Of a DNA stretch of 64,000 nucleotides, positions 1 to 10,790 are shown one piece after another (position 1 is the first letter of the stretch; each line of letters opens with the position of its first letter). The stretch is from contig JBJDZG010000026.1 of NCBI GenBank assembly GCA_051867875.1, positions 42,071 through 106,070 on the forward strand, given 5' to 3'. Below the pieces are notes generated by a model. It searched no databases and was not told the origin of the DNA. It saw only the letters and a program-made list of their open reading frames with translations. The stretch is from Eubacteriales bacterium. GTDB taxonomy: Bacteria; Bacillota; Clostridia; Oscillospirales; CAG-272. The position numbers and the translations under genes are program-made.

Positions 1-956
1 CCTTTAAGATACTTATAATAGTGCTTCGTAACGGTGCCGTGCGCCGCCTCGTACTCGTATTTTCCGTCGGGAGAAACAAGTACCGAGGTCATCATGGCAA
101 GTGAGCCGAAAGCGGTAGATACCATATCGCTCATAACGTCGCCGTCGTAGTTTTTGCAAGCCCAGATAAAACCGCCCTTGCTTCTTATAACTCTTGCAAC
201 GGCGTCGTCTATCAAGGTATAAAAATACTCTATGCCGATTTTTTCAAATTCCGCTTTATAGTAGGTATTGAAAATATCCTCAAAAATAAGTTTGAATGTC
301 TGGTCGTACTGCTTTGAGATAGTGTCCTTAGCTGAAAACCAAAGGTCCTGCTTTGTATTTATCGCATATTTGAAGCAGGAATGTGCAAAGGACTCTATCG
401 AGCTGTCCTTATTATACTGACCTTGAAGCACGCCGGCGCATTCAAAATCGTAAACGGTTTCTCTGAAGCTCGTGCCGTCCTTACCCGTAAACACAAGCTC
501 TGCCTTACCCTCGCACGGCACTCTGTATTCAGTAGCCTTATAAACATCACCGTAAGCGTGGCGCGCAATCGTGATTGGCTTTTCCCAATTTCTGACGGCT
601 GGCTTTACGCTGTCAATAATTATCGGAGCGCGGAAAACCGTTCCGTCAAGAATTGCTCTTATAGTACCGTTCGGGCTCTTCCACATATTCGAGAGGGAAT
701 ACTCTAAGACTCTTTGTCTGTTTGGCGTAATTGTGGCACATTTGACCGCAACGCCGTATTTTTTTGTCGCGTAGGCAGAATCAAGCGTAACCTTATCCCG
801 AGTCCTCTCTCTGTTTTCAAGTCCAAGGTCATAATACTCTGTTTTTAGGTCTACAAAAGGTATAATCAGCTCGTCTTTTATCATCTTCCAGAGTATTCTC
901 GTCATTTCGTCCCCGTCCATTTCAACGAGGGGAGTTGTCATTTTTATCTTTTGCAT
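1..956 (-). CDS. icd: NADP-dependent isocitrate dehydrogenase (homodimeric, eukaryote-like subfamily); C-terminal part lies outside the window
   Basis: Absent from the ORF track because it runs off the window edge. My reverse-strand translation from ATG 956 reads [31 protein letters not shown]...VKCATITPN...[18 protein letters not shown]...ARHAYGDVY...[11 protein letters not shown], which are typical IDH blocks. It lies last in the citrate synthase-aconitase operon. Confidence 0.9.
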   Translation of the reverse strand, partial: MQKIKMTTPLVEMDGDEMTRILWKMIKDELIIPFVDLKTEYYDLGLENRERTRDKVTLDSAYATKKYGVAVKCATITPNRQRVLEYSLSNMWKSPNGTIRAILDGTVFRAPIIIDSVKPAVRNWEKPITIARHAYGDVYKATEYRVPCEGKAELVFTGKDGTSFRETVYDFECAGVLQGQYNKDSSIESFAHSCFKYAINTKQDLWFSAKDTISKQYDQTFKLIFEDIFNTYYKAEFEKIGIEYFYTLIDDAVARVIRSKGGFIWACKNYDGDVMSDMVSTAFGSLAMMTSVLVSPDGKYEYEAAHGTVTKHYYKYLK

Positions 957-973
957 ATCATACTCCAAATTAA

Positions 974-2899
974 TTATTTCGTTTTGGTATACGGTAGCAG
1001 ACCGCCTGCCATCAAGATATTCGTCTGTCTTTCCGTAAACTCGCATCTGAGCAGATACTTCTCGTTTTTGCTCACATTATAGAGATACATCCTGCCGTTT
1101 TTGAGGGATGAGTGGATATTGGAAAGTTTAAGGATATCGTCCTCGGAGAGCTTGTCGTAATCGCTCGCATCGTCAAAAGTAAGAGGAAGTATTCCCGCGT
1201 TTATAAGATTTGCCGCGTGGATTCTTGCAAAGCTCTTTGCTACTACTGCTTTAACGCCGAGATAGAGCGGAACGAGTGCCGCATGCTCACGCGATGAGCC
1301 CTGACCGTAGTTTGAACCGCCGACGATTACCGTCGAGCCGTTTTTAAGAGCTTTTTCGGAGAATTTTTCATCGCAGACGGCGAAGCAGAACTTTGAAAGA
1401 TACGGAATGTTTGACCTGTAAGGCAAAATTTTTGCGCCTGCGGGCATTATGTGGTCTGTGGTTATATTGTCGCCCACCTTCAAAGTTAAATGCGCCTCAA
1501 TACTGTCTTTGAGGGGCTGAGTGGTGGGCAGGGGTTTGATATTGGGTCCGCGGAGTATCTCAACACTCTTTGACTCCTCCTTTGAAGCAGGCATAATAAC
1601 GGCACTGTCGTCAATTTTGAATTTTTCGGGAATTTCTATCTCGGGGTAATCACCGAGAGCTCTCGGGTCGCTTATATAGCCTGTAAGTGCGGACGCTGCC
1701 GCAATTTCGGGCGACACGAGATAAACCTGTGCGTCCTTCGTTCCGCTTCTGCCCTCAAAATTTCTGTTAAAGGTGCGTAGTGAAACGCCTGCGGAATTAG
1801 GAGAAAAGCCCATTCCGATGCAAGGACCGCAAGCACATTCAAGCACCCTTGCACCCGAGGCGATTATATCGTTCAGCGCACCGCATTCTGCAAGCATTGA
1901 AAGCACCTGCTTTGAGCCCGGAGAAACGGAAAGACTGACGCTGTCCTTTATTTTTTTGCCCCTTAAAATTGACGCTACGCGAAGCATATCACGAAGAGAG
2001 GAATTAGTACACGAGCCTATGCAAACCTGGTCCACGGGCACGCAAGAAAGCTCATCGACACTCTTTATATTATCGGGGCTGTGAGGGCAGGCAACGAGAG
2101 GGTTAAGAGCCGAGAGGTCAATGTCGATAATTCTGTCGTATACCGCGTCCTCATCGCTTTTAAGGGGTATAAAATCATTACCTCTGTTTTGAGAAATAAG
2201 GAAATCCCTCGTAATCTCATCCGACGGAAAGATGGAAGTAGTGGCACCGAGCTCCGTTCCCATATTCGTAATAGTCGCACGTTCGGGCACGGAAAGCGTT
2301 TTAACGCCATCACCGCCCCATTCGATTATTGCACCCACCCCGCCTTTTACGGAGAGTATACGCAAAATTTCAAGGCTTATATCCTTAGCAGACACCCACG
2401 GGGAGAGTTTTCCGGTGAGATTTACTTTATACATTTTCGGCATAGTGATATAATACGCACCGCCGCCCATAGCTACGGCGACGTCCATTCCGCCCGCGCC
2501 GAATGCGAGCATTCCGATGCCGCCGCCCGTTGGCGTGTGGCTATCAGAGCCAATAAGAGTTTTACCGGGGACACCGAATCTTTCAAGATGCACCTGGTGG
2601 CATATACCGTTTCCAGGGCGGGAAAATCTGATGCCGTACTTTTTGGCGACGGACTGAATATATCTGTGGTCGTCGGCATTCTCAAAGCCCGATTGAAGCG
2701 TATTGTGGTCGATATACGCCACGGAAAGCTCGGTCTTGACTCTGTCAATTCCGATTGATTCAAATTCAAGATACGCCATTGTACCCGTTGCATCTTGAGT
2801 CAGGGTCTGGTCAATCCTCAGCGCTATCTCGCTTCCGGGAGTCATATCGCCGGATATAAGATGCGATTTTATTATTTTTTGAGCTATAGTAAGTCCCAT
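974..2899 (-). CDS. aconitate hydratase (about 640 aa clostridial type)
   Basis: 641 aa. Contains aconitase family motifs ([30 protein letters not shown]) and a swivel domain with SSREHAA. Sits between the citrate synthase/GntR genes and IDH. Confidence 0.9.
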   Translation of the reverse strand: MGLTIAQKIIKSHLISGDMTPGSEIALRIDQTLTQDATGTMAYLEFESIGIDRVKTELSVAYIDHNTLQSGFENADDHRYIQSVAKKYGIRFSRPGNGICHQVHLERFGVPGKTLIGSDSHTPTGGGIGMLAFGAGGMDVAVAMGGGAYYITMPKMYKVNLTGKLSPWVSAKDISLEILRILSVKGGVGAIIEWGGDGVKTLSVPERATITNMGTELGATTSIFPSDEITRDFLISQNRGNDFIPLKSDEDAVYDRIIDIDLSALNPLVACPHSPDNIKSVDELSCVPVDQVCIGSCTNSSLRDMLRVASILRGKKIKDSVSLSVSPGSKQVLSMLAECGALNDIIASGARVLECACGPCIGMGFSPNSAGVSLRTFNRNFEGRSGTKDAQVYLVSPEIAAASALTGYISDPRALGDYPEIEIPEKFKIDDSAVIMPASKEESKSVEILRGPNIKPLPTTQPLKDSIEAHLTLKVGDNITTDHIMPAGAKILPYRSNIPYLSKFCFAVCDEKFSEKALKNGSTVIVGGSNYGQGSSREHAALVPLYLGVKAVVAKSFARIHAANLINAGILPLTFDDASDYDKLSEDDILKLSNIHSSLKNGRMYLYNVSKNEKYLLRCEFTERQTNILMAGGLLPYTKTK

Positions 2900-2901
2900 A
2901 A

Positions 2902-3549
2902 TTACTCCAAATTATTATTCAAAATATTGTTTTTAGCGTTTTGCGTATGAATAAGCACAAGTCTTTCGGCCTCGTCTGCATTTTTGCTCAAAATCGCCTC
3001 GTATATTGCTCTGTGCTCACGCACGGATTCCTCGGCGCGCTTTCTGCTCTGTACCGATGCACCTCTGAATTTCAGCGTTTTCTTATGAAGGCTGTAAAGC
3101 ATTTCGTAGAAATGCGTTGAATCCATCATTTGATAAAGGATATTATGAAAACTCGTGTCCATTGATTTAATGTTTTCGGCGTCGCCCTTTGAGCAATAGA
3201 ACTCTTGCAAATCAAGTATTTCTTTCATTTGGGCAAGCTGTTCGTCAGTCGCATTTTGAACTGCGAGCCTTACTGCCAATCCTTCCGTTCTCAGTCTGAC
3301 CTCAAAGATGACCTCTATATCCTCTCTGGATATACCGATAACCTTGACTCCCTTGGGAATAAACTCGATAAGGTGTTCCTGTTCAAGGCGGGAGAGCGCC
3401 TCTCTTACGGGCGTTCTGCTGACGCCAAGTGTTTCCGAAAGCCCGAGCTCAGTCAAAATCTCGTCCTTTGCATATTTTCCTATCAATATATCGTTTTCAA
3501 GTTTTTCAAAGACTTGGTCTGCTATTGATATACTTCTGTGTCTTTCCAT
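2902..3549 (-). CDS. GntR family transcriptional regulator (FadR/FCD subfamily)
   Basis: 215 aa. N-terminal winged HTH (LSETLGVSRTPVREALSRLEQEHLI) and an all-helical FCD-like C-terminal domain. Embedded in the TCA-branch operon. Confidence 0.85.
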   Translation of the reverse strand: MERHRSISIADQVFEKLENDILIGKYAKDEILTELGLSETLGVSRTPVREALSRLEQEHLIEFIPKGVKVIGISREDIEVIFEVRLRTEGLAVRLAVQNATDEQLAQMKEILDLQEFYCSKGDAENIKSMDTSFHNILYQMMDSTHFYEMLYSLHKKTLKFRGASVQSRKRAEESVREHRAIYEAILSKNADEAERLVLIHTQNAKNNILNNNLE

Positions 3550-3564
3550 ATCTATCTCCTAAAA

Positions 3565-4941
3565 TCAAAACTTTTTAAGTCTTCCGCCCGAGAGTTCTTC
3601 TATCTTGTTTTCAAGTTCAAAATTCGAGAGGGAAGAAACTCTGCCGTCCTCGTAGATTTTATCAATCCATTCTTTAAGTGCGATTACCAATGGGGCTTTT
3701 TTATCCACCGCAAGCTCGCCCGAGAGGGAATAGTTTTCATTTATCCAATAAGCAATTCCCGCAAGTCCCGAGGTCTTGCTTATAAGCACGGACGCAGGTC
3801 TGTTCAGTATTTTTTCGGTATTGAAAATGTTATAAATCTCCTCATCTTTAAGCAATCCGTCAGCGTGGATTCCCGCGCGGGTTACGTTGAAATTTCTGCC
3901 CACGAACGGAGTCATCGGGGGGATATTGTAATTGATATTATTTCTGAAATATTCACCGATTTTCGTTATAACGGTGGGGTCCATTCCGTCAAGAGAACCG
4001 CGCAGGGAAGCGTATTCAAAAATCATGGCTTCAAGCGGGATATTTCCCGTGCGCTCTCCTATACCGAGAAGCGAGCAATTTACACCGCACGCGCCGTAAA
4101 GCCAAGCAGTACCCGCGTTTGCAACCGCCTTATAAAAATCATTATGGCCATGCCATTCAAGCAACTCGCTCGGCACTTCCGAATAGTGCTGCAAGCCGTA
4201 AATAATACCCGGAACGCTACGCGGAAGAGCAACCTCGGGATATGGAACACCGTATCCCATCGTATCGCAGGCGCGAATCCTGACGGGGATTCCCGCTTCC
4301 GCAGAGAGCTTCATCAGCTCGTTGACAAAGGGAACTACGAAGCCGTAAAAATCGGCTCTCGTGATATCTTCAAGATGGCATCTCGGCATAACACCCGCGT
4401 CAAAGGCCATTTTGACAGTTGCAAGATAGTGCTCCATAGCCTCTTTTCTCGTCATCTTCATTTTTTTGAATATGTGATAGTCACTGCAAGAAACCAAAAT
4501 ACCCGTTTCTCGAATGCCGAGGTCCTTTACGAGCTTAAAGTCCTCCTTGTTAGCACGTATCCAAGTAGTAATCTCGGGAAATTTAAGCCCGAGGTCCTGA
4601 CATCTTTCTATTGCCTCGCGGTCCTTTTTGCTGTATACGAAAAATTCAGTCTGTCTGATAATTCCATAAGGCCCGCCAAGCTCCGACATGAGTCCAAAAA
4701 GGTCCACTATCTGCTCAACCGTATAGGGCTCAACAGACTGCTGACCGTCCCTGAAAGAAGTGTCGGTTATCCAGATCTCTTTCGGCATAGACATGGGCAC
4801 GCGTCTGTGGTTAAAAGCAACCTTGGGAATATCTTCATAATTGTATATATCACGGTACAAATTAGGGTCTTTTACGTCTTGAAGGGAGTAATGGTAATTT
4901 CTTTGTTCAAGCAAATTCGTTTTATTTGAAAACTCTAACAT
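3565..4941 (-). CDS. Re-face citrate synthase / homocitrate synthase-isopropylmalate synthase family (DRE-TIM aldolase)
   Basis: 458 aa. ITDTSFRDGQQS motif and HxH metal site (EWHGHNDF) of the HMGL-like family. The operon context with aconitase and IDH matches clostridial Re-citrate synthase loci; the function is inferred from that context. Confidence 0.72.
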   Translation of the reverse strand: MLEFSNKTNLLEQRNYHYSLQDVKDPNLYRDIYNYEDIPKVAFNHRRVPMSMPKEIWITDTSFRDGQQSVEPYTVEQIVDLFGLMSELGGPYGIIRQTEFFVYSKKDREAIERCQDLGLKFPEITTWIRANKEDFKLVKDLGIRETGILVSCSDYHIFKKMKMTRKEAMEHYLATVKMAFDAGVMPRCHLEDITRADFYGFVVPFVNELMKLSAEAGIPVRIRACDTMGYGVPYPEVALPRSVPGIIYGLQHYSEVPSELLEWHGHNDFYKAVANAGTAWLYGACGVNCSLLGIGERTGNIPLEAMIFEYASLRGSLDGMDPTVITKIGEYFRNNINYNIPPMTPFVGRNFNVTRAGIHADGLLKDEEIYNIFNTEKILNRPASVLISKTSGLAGIAYWINENYSLSGELAVDKKAPLVIALKEWIDKIYEDGRVSSLSNFELENKIEELSGGRLKKF

Positions 4942-4962
4942 GGCATCTCCTTTTCACATAAT

Positions 4963-5006
4963 TGTATTATTGTATACAATTATACACACTTTGTAAAAAA
5001 AGTCAA
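4963..5006 (-). promoter_or_regulatory. sigma-A type promoter of the citrate synthase operon overlapped by a 24-bp near-perfect palindrome (candidate GntR operator)
   Basis: On the minus strand: TTGACT (5001-5006), 16-nt spacer, TATAAT (4979-4984). The palindrome TGTATTATTGTATACAATTATACA (4963-4986) matches its reverse complement at 22/24 positions. Its core TTGTATACAA fits the FadR-subfamily t.GT.n.AC.a pattern and covers the -10 element and start site. Confidence 0.5.
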
Positions 5007-5115
5007 GACAAAAATTAAAAATTTACACATCGGCAACAAATAGCCATGAAAAATCGTATATAATTATGCTGTAACACAGCAACTAAATTCAGCACAGCAA
5101 CTTTAAGGAGGAACA

Positions 5116-6375
5116 ATGAAAAACGATTTTAACGTATTTTTACTTAACGACTCTTTTCCGCCGACGATTGACGGCGTTGCAAATACAGTAATGAACTATG
5201 CAAATTACATTAATAAAAATCACGGAACACCTACCGTTATAACACCGTTCTATCCAAACGTCGTTGACAATTATCCGTACGAGGTAATCAGGTATCCCAG
5301 TGTGAATACTCAAAAGTTCGTCGGATACAGATTGGGCGTTCCCGCTGATGATGCTATATTCCATAAAGCAGTCCAAACAAATCCCAATATAATACACTCG
5401 CACTGTCCGTTCGTTTCTACTATGATTGCAAGAGCCTTGCAACGAAGAACGAACGCTCCGATAGTTTTTACATATCACACTAAATTTGATATCGATATTC
5501 AAAAGCTCATTCACAGCAGTATTCTTCAGGAATCCGCCATTAAGCTTATAGTTGACAACATAAACGCATGCGACGAGGTTTGGGTTGTAAGCCAGGGTGC
5601 AGGAGAAAATCTCAGGTCCTTGGGATACGAAAAAGATTTTATCGTTATGCAGAACGGCGTGGATTTCCCCAAGGGCAAATCGGAAAAAGAAAAAATCGAA
5701 AAGGTTATTGATAAATACAAATTGAGGTCGGATGCCGTAAAGTTCATTTTTACAGGCAGAATGATGTGGTATAAAGGAATAGATATCATACTCAAATCTC
5801 TAAAAGAAATAGACTCTTTGGGATACGATTTTCAGATGATATTCGTCGGCACGGGACTTGACCTTGACGAAATAAAGGCCATGGCAAAAGACCTTGAAAT
5901 AATGAACAAGTGTCTGTTTACAGGTGCAATAACAGACAGGGAAGAGCTGCGCTCACTTTACTCGGCGGCTGATCTGTTCCTGTTTCCCTCGACCTTTGAC
6001 ACAAACGGTCTTGTCGTTCGTGAGGCGGCTGCTTGCGAGCTCCCGAGTATCCTTATCACCGATTCTTGCGCTTCAGAAGGAATAGTTGACGGCGAAACGG
6101 GCTTTTTGATTGATAAAACTCCCGAGGGTATGACCGCAAAAATCGAATATCTGTTAAATCACCCCGAAGTGATGAACAAAGTGGGAAAGAATGCACAGGA
6201 TAAGATATATCTGTCGTGGGAAGATGCGATAGCGGTCGCTAACGAGCGCTATCACAGAATAATTGAAAATTACAAGCCCAAGTCATTTGACAGCAAGGAA
6301 CAGTGGACGGATAAGTTCTATAACCTGCTTGACCAAATGTATGAAATAAGAAGCCGTTTCCATTACGAATCTTGA
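5116..6375 (+). CDS. GT4 family glycosyltransferase (diacylglycerol glycosyltransferase-like)
   Basis: 419 aa. GT-B fold signature with the C-terminal E(x7)E-like region (FPSTFDTNGLVVREAAACELPSI). AGGAGG Shine-Dalgarno sequence upstream. Confidence 0.8.
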   Translation: MKNDFNVFLLNDSFPPTIDGVANTVMNYANYINKNHGTPTVITPFYPNVVDNYPYEVIRYPSVNTQKFVGYRLGVPADDAIFHKAVQTNPNIIHSHCPFVSTMIARALQRRTNAPIVFTYHTKFDIDIQKLIHSSILQESAIKLIVDNINACDEVWVVSQGAGENLRSLGYEKDFIVMQNGVDFPKGKSEKEKIEKVIDKYKLRSDAVKFIFTGRMMWYKGIDIILKSLKEIDSLGYDFQMIFVGTGLDLDEIKAMAKDLEIMNKCLFTGAITDREELRSLYSAADLFLFPSTFDTNGLVVREAAACELPSILITDSCASEGIVDGETGFLIDKTPEGMTAKIEYLLNHPEVMNKVGKNAQDKIYLSWEDAIAVANERYHRIIENYKPKSFDSKEQWTDKFYNLLDQMYEIRSRFHYES

Positions 6376-6478
6376 TTTTCCAAAATTATTTTACTAAAAA
6401 TTTTCAAAAAAACTATTGATTTGTTTTGAGCAATATTATATAATTTACTCATCAAGATGATTATAAGGAGATATTTTT

Positions 6479-7384
6479 ATGACACTTGTAATTCTCGCTG
6501 CGGGCATGGGCTCCAGATACGGCGGTATGAAACAAATCGACCCTATAAACAAGGACGGAAATTTCATTATTGACTTTTCGATATACGATGCTGTCAAATC
6601 AGGCTTTGACAAGGTGATTTTCATAATCAAAGAGGAAAATCTCAGCGATTTTAAGGAAACTATCGGAAACCGAATCAGCAAATATATTCAGGTTGAGTAT
6701 GCCTTCCAAAGACTTCACGACCTTCCCGAATGGTTTGACGCTCCGAGCGACAGAAAAAAGCCTTGGGGCACAAATCAGGCGCTTTTAAGTGTAGCAAATA
6801 TAGTCAAGGAGCCTTTTGCGGTAATTAATTCGGATGACTTTTACGGACGCGAAACCTTTGAAATTATTGCAAATCATCTGAAAAAAGTTGAGAACGCCAA
6901 GGGTAAGCCTCAATTTTGCATGGCAGGTTACAGACTCGGAAACACTGTTACAGAGCACGGTGCAGTAAACCGCGGTGTATGCAATATCGGCGCTGACGGA
7001 CGTCTTAAAAAGATTGTCGAAACAAAAGAAATCGTGCCTGACGGCAAGGGCAAGGCAGTATATCCCGTCGGTAACGGCGTAGCAGAGCTTGACCTTGATA
7101 CAGTGGTATCAATGAACTGCTGGGGATTTACTCCCGAGCTTTTCGGATACATTGAAGCCGAATTTGACAGATTTCTTCACAACGTCGAAAATCCAATGAA
7201 GGACGAATCCTATCTCACGGACACCATAGACTCCGTGATAGAATCCGACGCTTGCGACGTAATCGTATACAATACTAACGCTTCTTGGCTCGGCGTGACT
7301 TATCCCGACGATAAACCCGGCGTAGTGGCGGGTATAAATAAACTTGTGAATGAGGGAGTATATCCCGAACATCTTTGGAAATAA
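6479..7384 (+). CDS. sugar-phosphate nucleotidyltransferase (NTP_transferase superfamily)
   Basis: 301 aa. N-terminal LAAGMGSRYGGMKQ pyrophosphorylase signature. Immediately upstream of galE. Confidence 0.7.
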   Translation: MTLVILAAGMGSRYGGMKQIDPINKDGNFIIDFSIYDAVKSGFDKVIFIIKEENLSDFKETIGNRISKYIQVEYAFQRLHDLPEWFDAPSDRKKPWGTNQALLSVANIVKEPFAVINSDDFYGRETFEIIANHLKKVENAKGKPQFCMAGYRLGNTVTEHGAVNRGVCNIGADGRLKKIVETKEIVPDGKGKAVYPVGNGVAELDLDTVVSMNCWGFTPELFGYIEAEFDRFLHNVENPMKDESYLTDTIDSVIESDACDVIVYNTNASWLGVTYPDDKPGVVAGINKLVNEGVYPEHLWK

Positions 7385-7395
7385 GGAGATAGAAA

Positions 7396-8409
7396 ATGGC
7401 TATTTTGATTACAGGCGGTGCGGGCTTTATCGGCTCACACACAATGGTGGAATTTTTAGAGGCAGGCTACGACCTTGTCGTAGTTGATAATTTTTCAAAC
7501 AGCAAGCCCGAAGCGCTCAAACGCGTTAAGCAGATTACCGGCAGAGATTTCAAATTTTATCAGATTGACGCTACCGATTACAATGCCTTCGAGCGGGTAT
7601 TTATAGAGAATAATATCGAATCCGCAGTGCATTTCGCGGGTCTTAAAGCGGTTGGCGAATCCGTTTCCGTACCTCTTATGTACTACGAAAACAATCTTCT
7701 TTCTGCTATCACACTCTGCAAGCTTATGAGCAAATATAATGTTAAAAAGCTTGTTTTCAGCTCGTCTGCCACAGTTTACGGCAAGCCCAAAAGCAATCCC
7801 ATAAAGGAAGACGCTGACCTTTGGACCACTAACCCTTACGGCGAAACCAAGCTGATGATTGAGAGAATACTCAAGGATATGTATAACGCAGACCCAACGT
7901 GGTCAATCGCTATTTTGCGTTATTTCAATCCCATCGGCGCACACCCCTCGGGACTTATCGGTGAAGACCCCAACGGCATTCCCAACAATCTTCTTCCTTA
8001 CGTAACGCAGGTTGCATCGGGCAAAAGAGAGTGCCTGAACGTATTCGGAAACGATTATAATACGCACGACGGCACGGGAATCCGCGACTATATCCACGTG
8101 GTAGACCTCGCACAGGCTCATCTCAAGGCTCTTGAATGGACTGACGGACAGACGGGAATTGACTACTTTAATATTGGCACAGGTCAGGGCTATTCCGTAC
8201 TTGATATCGTGAATGCTTATGAAAAGGCTACGGGAATCAAGATTCCTTACAGAATTGTAGACCGCCGCCCGGGAGATATCGACGAGTGCTGTGCAGACCC
8301 CACTAAAGCGTATAACGTACTCAAATGGAAAGCAAAGTACGGAATCGAAGAAATGTGCAGAGATTCTAATAATTGGCAGTTGAAGAACCCCAACGGTTAC
8401 GACTGCTGA
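7396..8409 (+). CDS. galE: UDP-glucose 4-epimerase
   Basis: 337 aa. GGAGFIGSH Rossmann motif, SSSATVYG and YGETK (YxxxK) catalytic motifs. Collinear with GalE along its full length. Confidence 0.92.
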   Translation: MAILITGGAGFIGSHTMVEFLEAGYDLVVVDNFSNSKPEALKRVKQITGRDFKFYQIDATDYNAFERVFIENNIESAVHFAGLKAVGESVSVPLMYYENNLLSAITLCKLMSKYNVKKLVFSSSATVYGKPKSNPIKEDADLWTTNPYGETKLMIERILKDMYNADPTWSIAILRYFNPIGAHPSGLIGEDPNGIPNNLLPYVTQVASGKRECLNVFGNDYNTHDGTGIRDYIHVVDLAQAHLKALEWTDGQTGIDYFNIGTGQGYSVLDIVNAYEKATGIKIPYRIVDRRPGDIDECCADPTKAYNVLKWKAKYGIEEMCRDSNNWQLKNPNGYDC

Positions 8410-8471
8410 AAAGCTGAAAATACGAACAAAACGGCAATTAATAATTGCCGTTTTGATATATAGGAGATTTT

Positions 8472-9533
8472 ATGGGAATAAATAAAGAGTTATTCGGCAC
8501 ATTCAAGTCGAAAACTGTATACAAATACATATTGAAAAATTCATCCGGTATGGAAGTTGCGCTCTCCGATTACGGCGCTACCGTACTCAGCATTAAAACG
8601 GCTGACAAGCACGGAAACCTCATTGATGTAGTTTGCGGATATGATGACCTCACCTCTTATACCGAGGCTGACGGATATCAGGGCGCGACTATCGGCAGAG
8701 TCGGAAACAGAATAGATGCGGGCAAGTTTTCTCTTGACGGGATTGATTATAAGCTTTACATAAATAATGCTCCAAACCATCTTCACGGCGGAAAATCGGG
8801 ATTTGACGATAGAATTTGGCAGGTAATTGATGCAAACGACAGAGACGAGCCCTCAATAAAATTCTTTCTGCTCTCACGCGACGGTGATGAGGGATATCCC
8901 GGAAATCTCGCCGTTTACGTAACCTTTACATTGACTGGAAATAATGAGCTTTCGATAAAATATGAGGCAAAAACCGACAGAAGAACGCCCGTAAACCTTA
9001 CGAATCACACCTATTTCAACCTCGGCGGATACGATTCGGGCAAGATTTACGACCACACGCTTTGGATAGATGCCGACACGTATATTCCGACTAATGAGGT
9101 GCTTATCCCGACGGGAGAGATAAAGAGCGTAGATAATACTCCGTTTGATTTCAGAATCCCTAAAAAGATAGGCAGAGATATCAATTTGCAGAATAAGGAT
9201 TTGATAATTGCAGGCGGTTACGACCACTGTATGAACTTTGTCGGAGGTAAGACTGTATATCCCAAGCTCCGTGCAAAAGCAGAAAATCCCGAGAGCGGAA
9301 TAGTTATGGAAATGCTCACAAATCAACCTTGTGTACAGTTTTACAGCGGAAATTTCCTTAACGACGAAAAGCACCCCTTTAAGAACGAATGTTCGCAAAA
9401 TAAACAGATGGCATTTTGCCTTGAAACGCAGAAAATGCCCGATTCAGTAAATCACCCGAATTTTACCGACGTGATACTGAATCCCGAGGATAAATACGAC
9501 TACACGACGATTTATAAATTTTATACGAAATAA
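8472..9533 (+). CDS. galM: aldose 1-epimerase (galactose mutarotase)
   Basis: 353 aa. Mutarotase blocks GRVGNRI, NHLHGG, LTNHTYFNL and ETQ. Confidence 0.9.
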   Translation: MGINKELFGTFKSKTVYKYILKNSSGMEVALSDYGATVLSIKTADKHGNLIDVVCGYDDLTSYTEADGYQGATIGRVGNRIDAGKFSLDGIDYKLYINNAPNHLHGGKSGFDDRIWQVIDANDRDEPSIKFFLLSRDGDEGYPGNLAVYVTFTLTGNNELSIKYEAKTDRRTPVNLTNHTYFNLGGYDSGKIYDHTLWIDADTYIPTNEVLIPTGEIKSVDNTPFDFRIPKKIGRDINLQNKDLIIAGGYDHCMNFVGGKTVYPKLRAKAENPESGIVMEMLTNQPCVQFYSGNFLNDEKHPFKNECSQNKQMAFCLETQKMPDSVNHPNFTDVILNPEDKYDYTTIYKFYTK

Positions 9534-9553
9534 GAAGAGGGCTGAATGACAAG

Positions 9554-10333
9554 TCATTCAGCCCGATTTTGTCTGTAAACCTCAAACGCAAGCACAGTTG
9601 ACGCGGAAGAAGCGGTAAGAGAGCCCTTGAAGGTATTACCGTACTCAATTCTGACGATAATATCGGATTTTTCAAGCACTGCGCTCGAAATACCACGTTT
9701 TTCGCCTCCGACTATCAAAAGCAGAGGCTTTTTGAGGTCGGCGTCGTAGAGAGATACCGAGTTGCAGATACCCGCAGAGGCTATCTTATATCCGCGGGCT
9801 TTGAAGATATCAACGGCGTCAGAGATATCACATTCAAAGATATCCATAACCTCGGAAATACCTGCCGAGCCTTTGCATATAAGCCCTTGAGCGTTCTTAA
9901 ATCTGTACGAGGATACAATAATTCCGTCAGCGCCCGATGCGTAAAGCGAGCGCACGGCGTAGGCGAAATTATAAGGGTCCTCGATGCCGTCAAGGAAAAC
10001 GTAAAAGCCTTTATCTTTGAGTTGATTGGAATTTGTCAGTTTAGGAATATCAACTCTTGAACATACGGCAACAATACCGCCGTGAGTTTTGCCGCTTGCG
10101 AGCTCATCAATGACGGAGTGGGAAACTCCGATAAGCTCAAAGCCCAAATCGCGGGATTTGAACTCCAAAAATCTAAGCTCGTTATATTTGCTTTTTTTCT
10201 TGTCCTGATTGTACAATACCTTGATAATCTTTTTTTGCGAAGAATTGTTTTCGATAGCTGAGATAACAGAGCTGATACTCGTCATACCTTCGTAAATATC
10301 GAAATTTTCTTTATCATAATAAAGCTCATTCAT
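9554..10333 (-). CDS. TrmH/SpoU family RNA 2'-O-methyltransferase (RlmB-like)
   Basis: 259 aa. SPOUT C-terminal motifs (LDGIEDPYNFAYAVRS, LLLIVGGEKRGIS, SLTASSASTVLAFE). Confidence 0.8.
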   Translation of the reverse strand: MNELYYDKENFDIYEGMTSISSVISAIENNSSQKKIIKVLYNQDKKKSKYNELRFLEFKSRDLGFELIGVSHSVIDELASGKTHGGIVAVCSRVDIPKLTNSNQLKDKGFYVFLDGIEDPYNFAYAVRSLYASGADGIIVSSYRFKNAQGLICKGSAGISEVMDIFECDISDAVDIFKARGYKIASAGICNSVSLYDADLKKPLLLIVGGEKRGISSAVLEKSDIIVRIEYGNTFKGSLTASSASTVLAFEVYRQNRAE

Positions 10334-10418
10334 ATTAAAAATCCTTTACAGTTAATATTTTAAGAAGCGCCCGCATAAATATTTATTAGTCTATAAATCA
10401 TTTTGCGAGGAAAGCTGT

Positions 10419-10685
10419 ATGTATATTTCAACCAACAAAGAAAGATGCGTGATAATCGGAACATATCTTGTCGAAAATCAGTCAACGGTCCGTGCGGTTG
10501 CCAAAAAATTCGGAATAAGCAAAAGCACGGTACATAAAGATGTAACACAGAATCTCAAAAAGCATAATAAAGAATTGTATTTACAAGTAAAAGAAATTCT
10601 GGATAAGAATAAACAGGAAAGACATTTGCGAGGTGGTGAGGCTACAAAGCAAAAATTCCTAATGATTAAAAATTCAAACGGCTGA
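10419..10685 (+). CDS. spoIIID: sporulation transcriptional regulator SpoIIID
   Basis: 88 aa. Collinear with SpoIIID (TVRAVAKKFGISKSTVHKDVT...RHLRGGEATK). Confidence 0.9.
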   Translation: MYISTNKERCVIIGTYLVENQSTVRAVAKKFGISKSTVHKDVTQNLKKHNKELYLQVKEILDKNKQERHLRGGEATKQKFLMIKNSNG

Positions 10686-10790
10686 CTTTGAACAAGCTCT
10701 TGAAATGAGTATTCAAACAGCTAATTTGAGAAAACCGTGAATGGGAGCATTAAATAACTGATTTTAACAAATACCAATTATAAAATAAGC

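Noticed and set aside
381-774. 108-aa and 67-aa plus-strand ORFs at the left edge
   Set aside because: They are antisense to the isocitrate dehydrogenase gene, which the track omits because it runs off the window.
3538-4929. 463-aa plus-strand ORF spanning the whole citrate synthase gene
   Set aside because: It is a shadow ORF antisense to a gene with clear family motifs. Its product is Arg/Ser/Phe-rich with no recognisable motifs and has no Shine-Dalgarno sequence.
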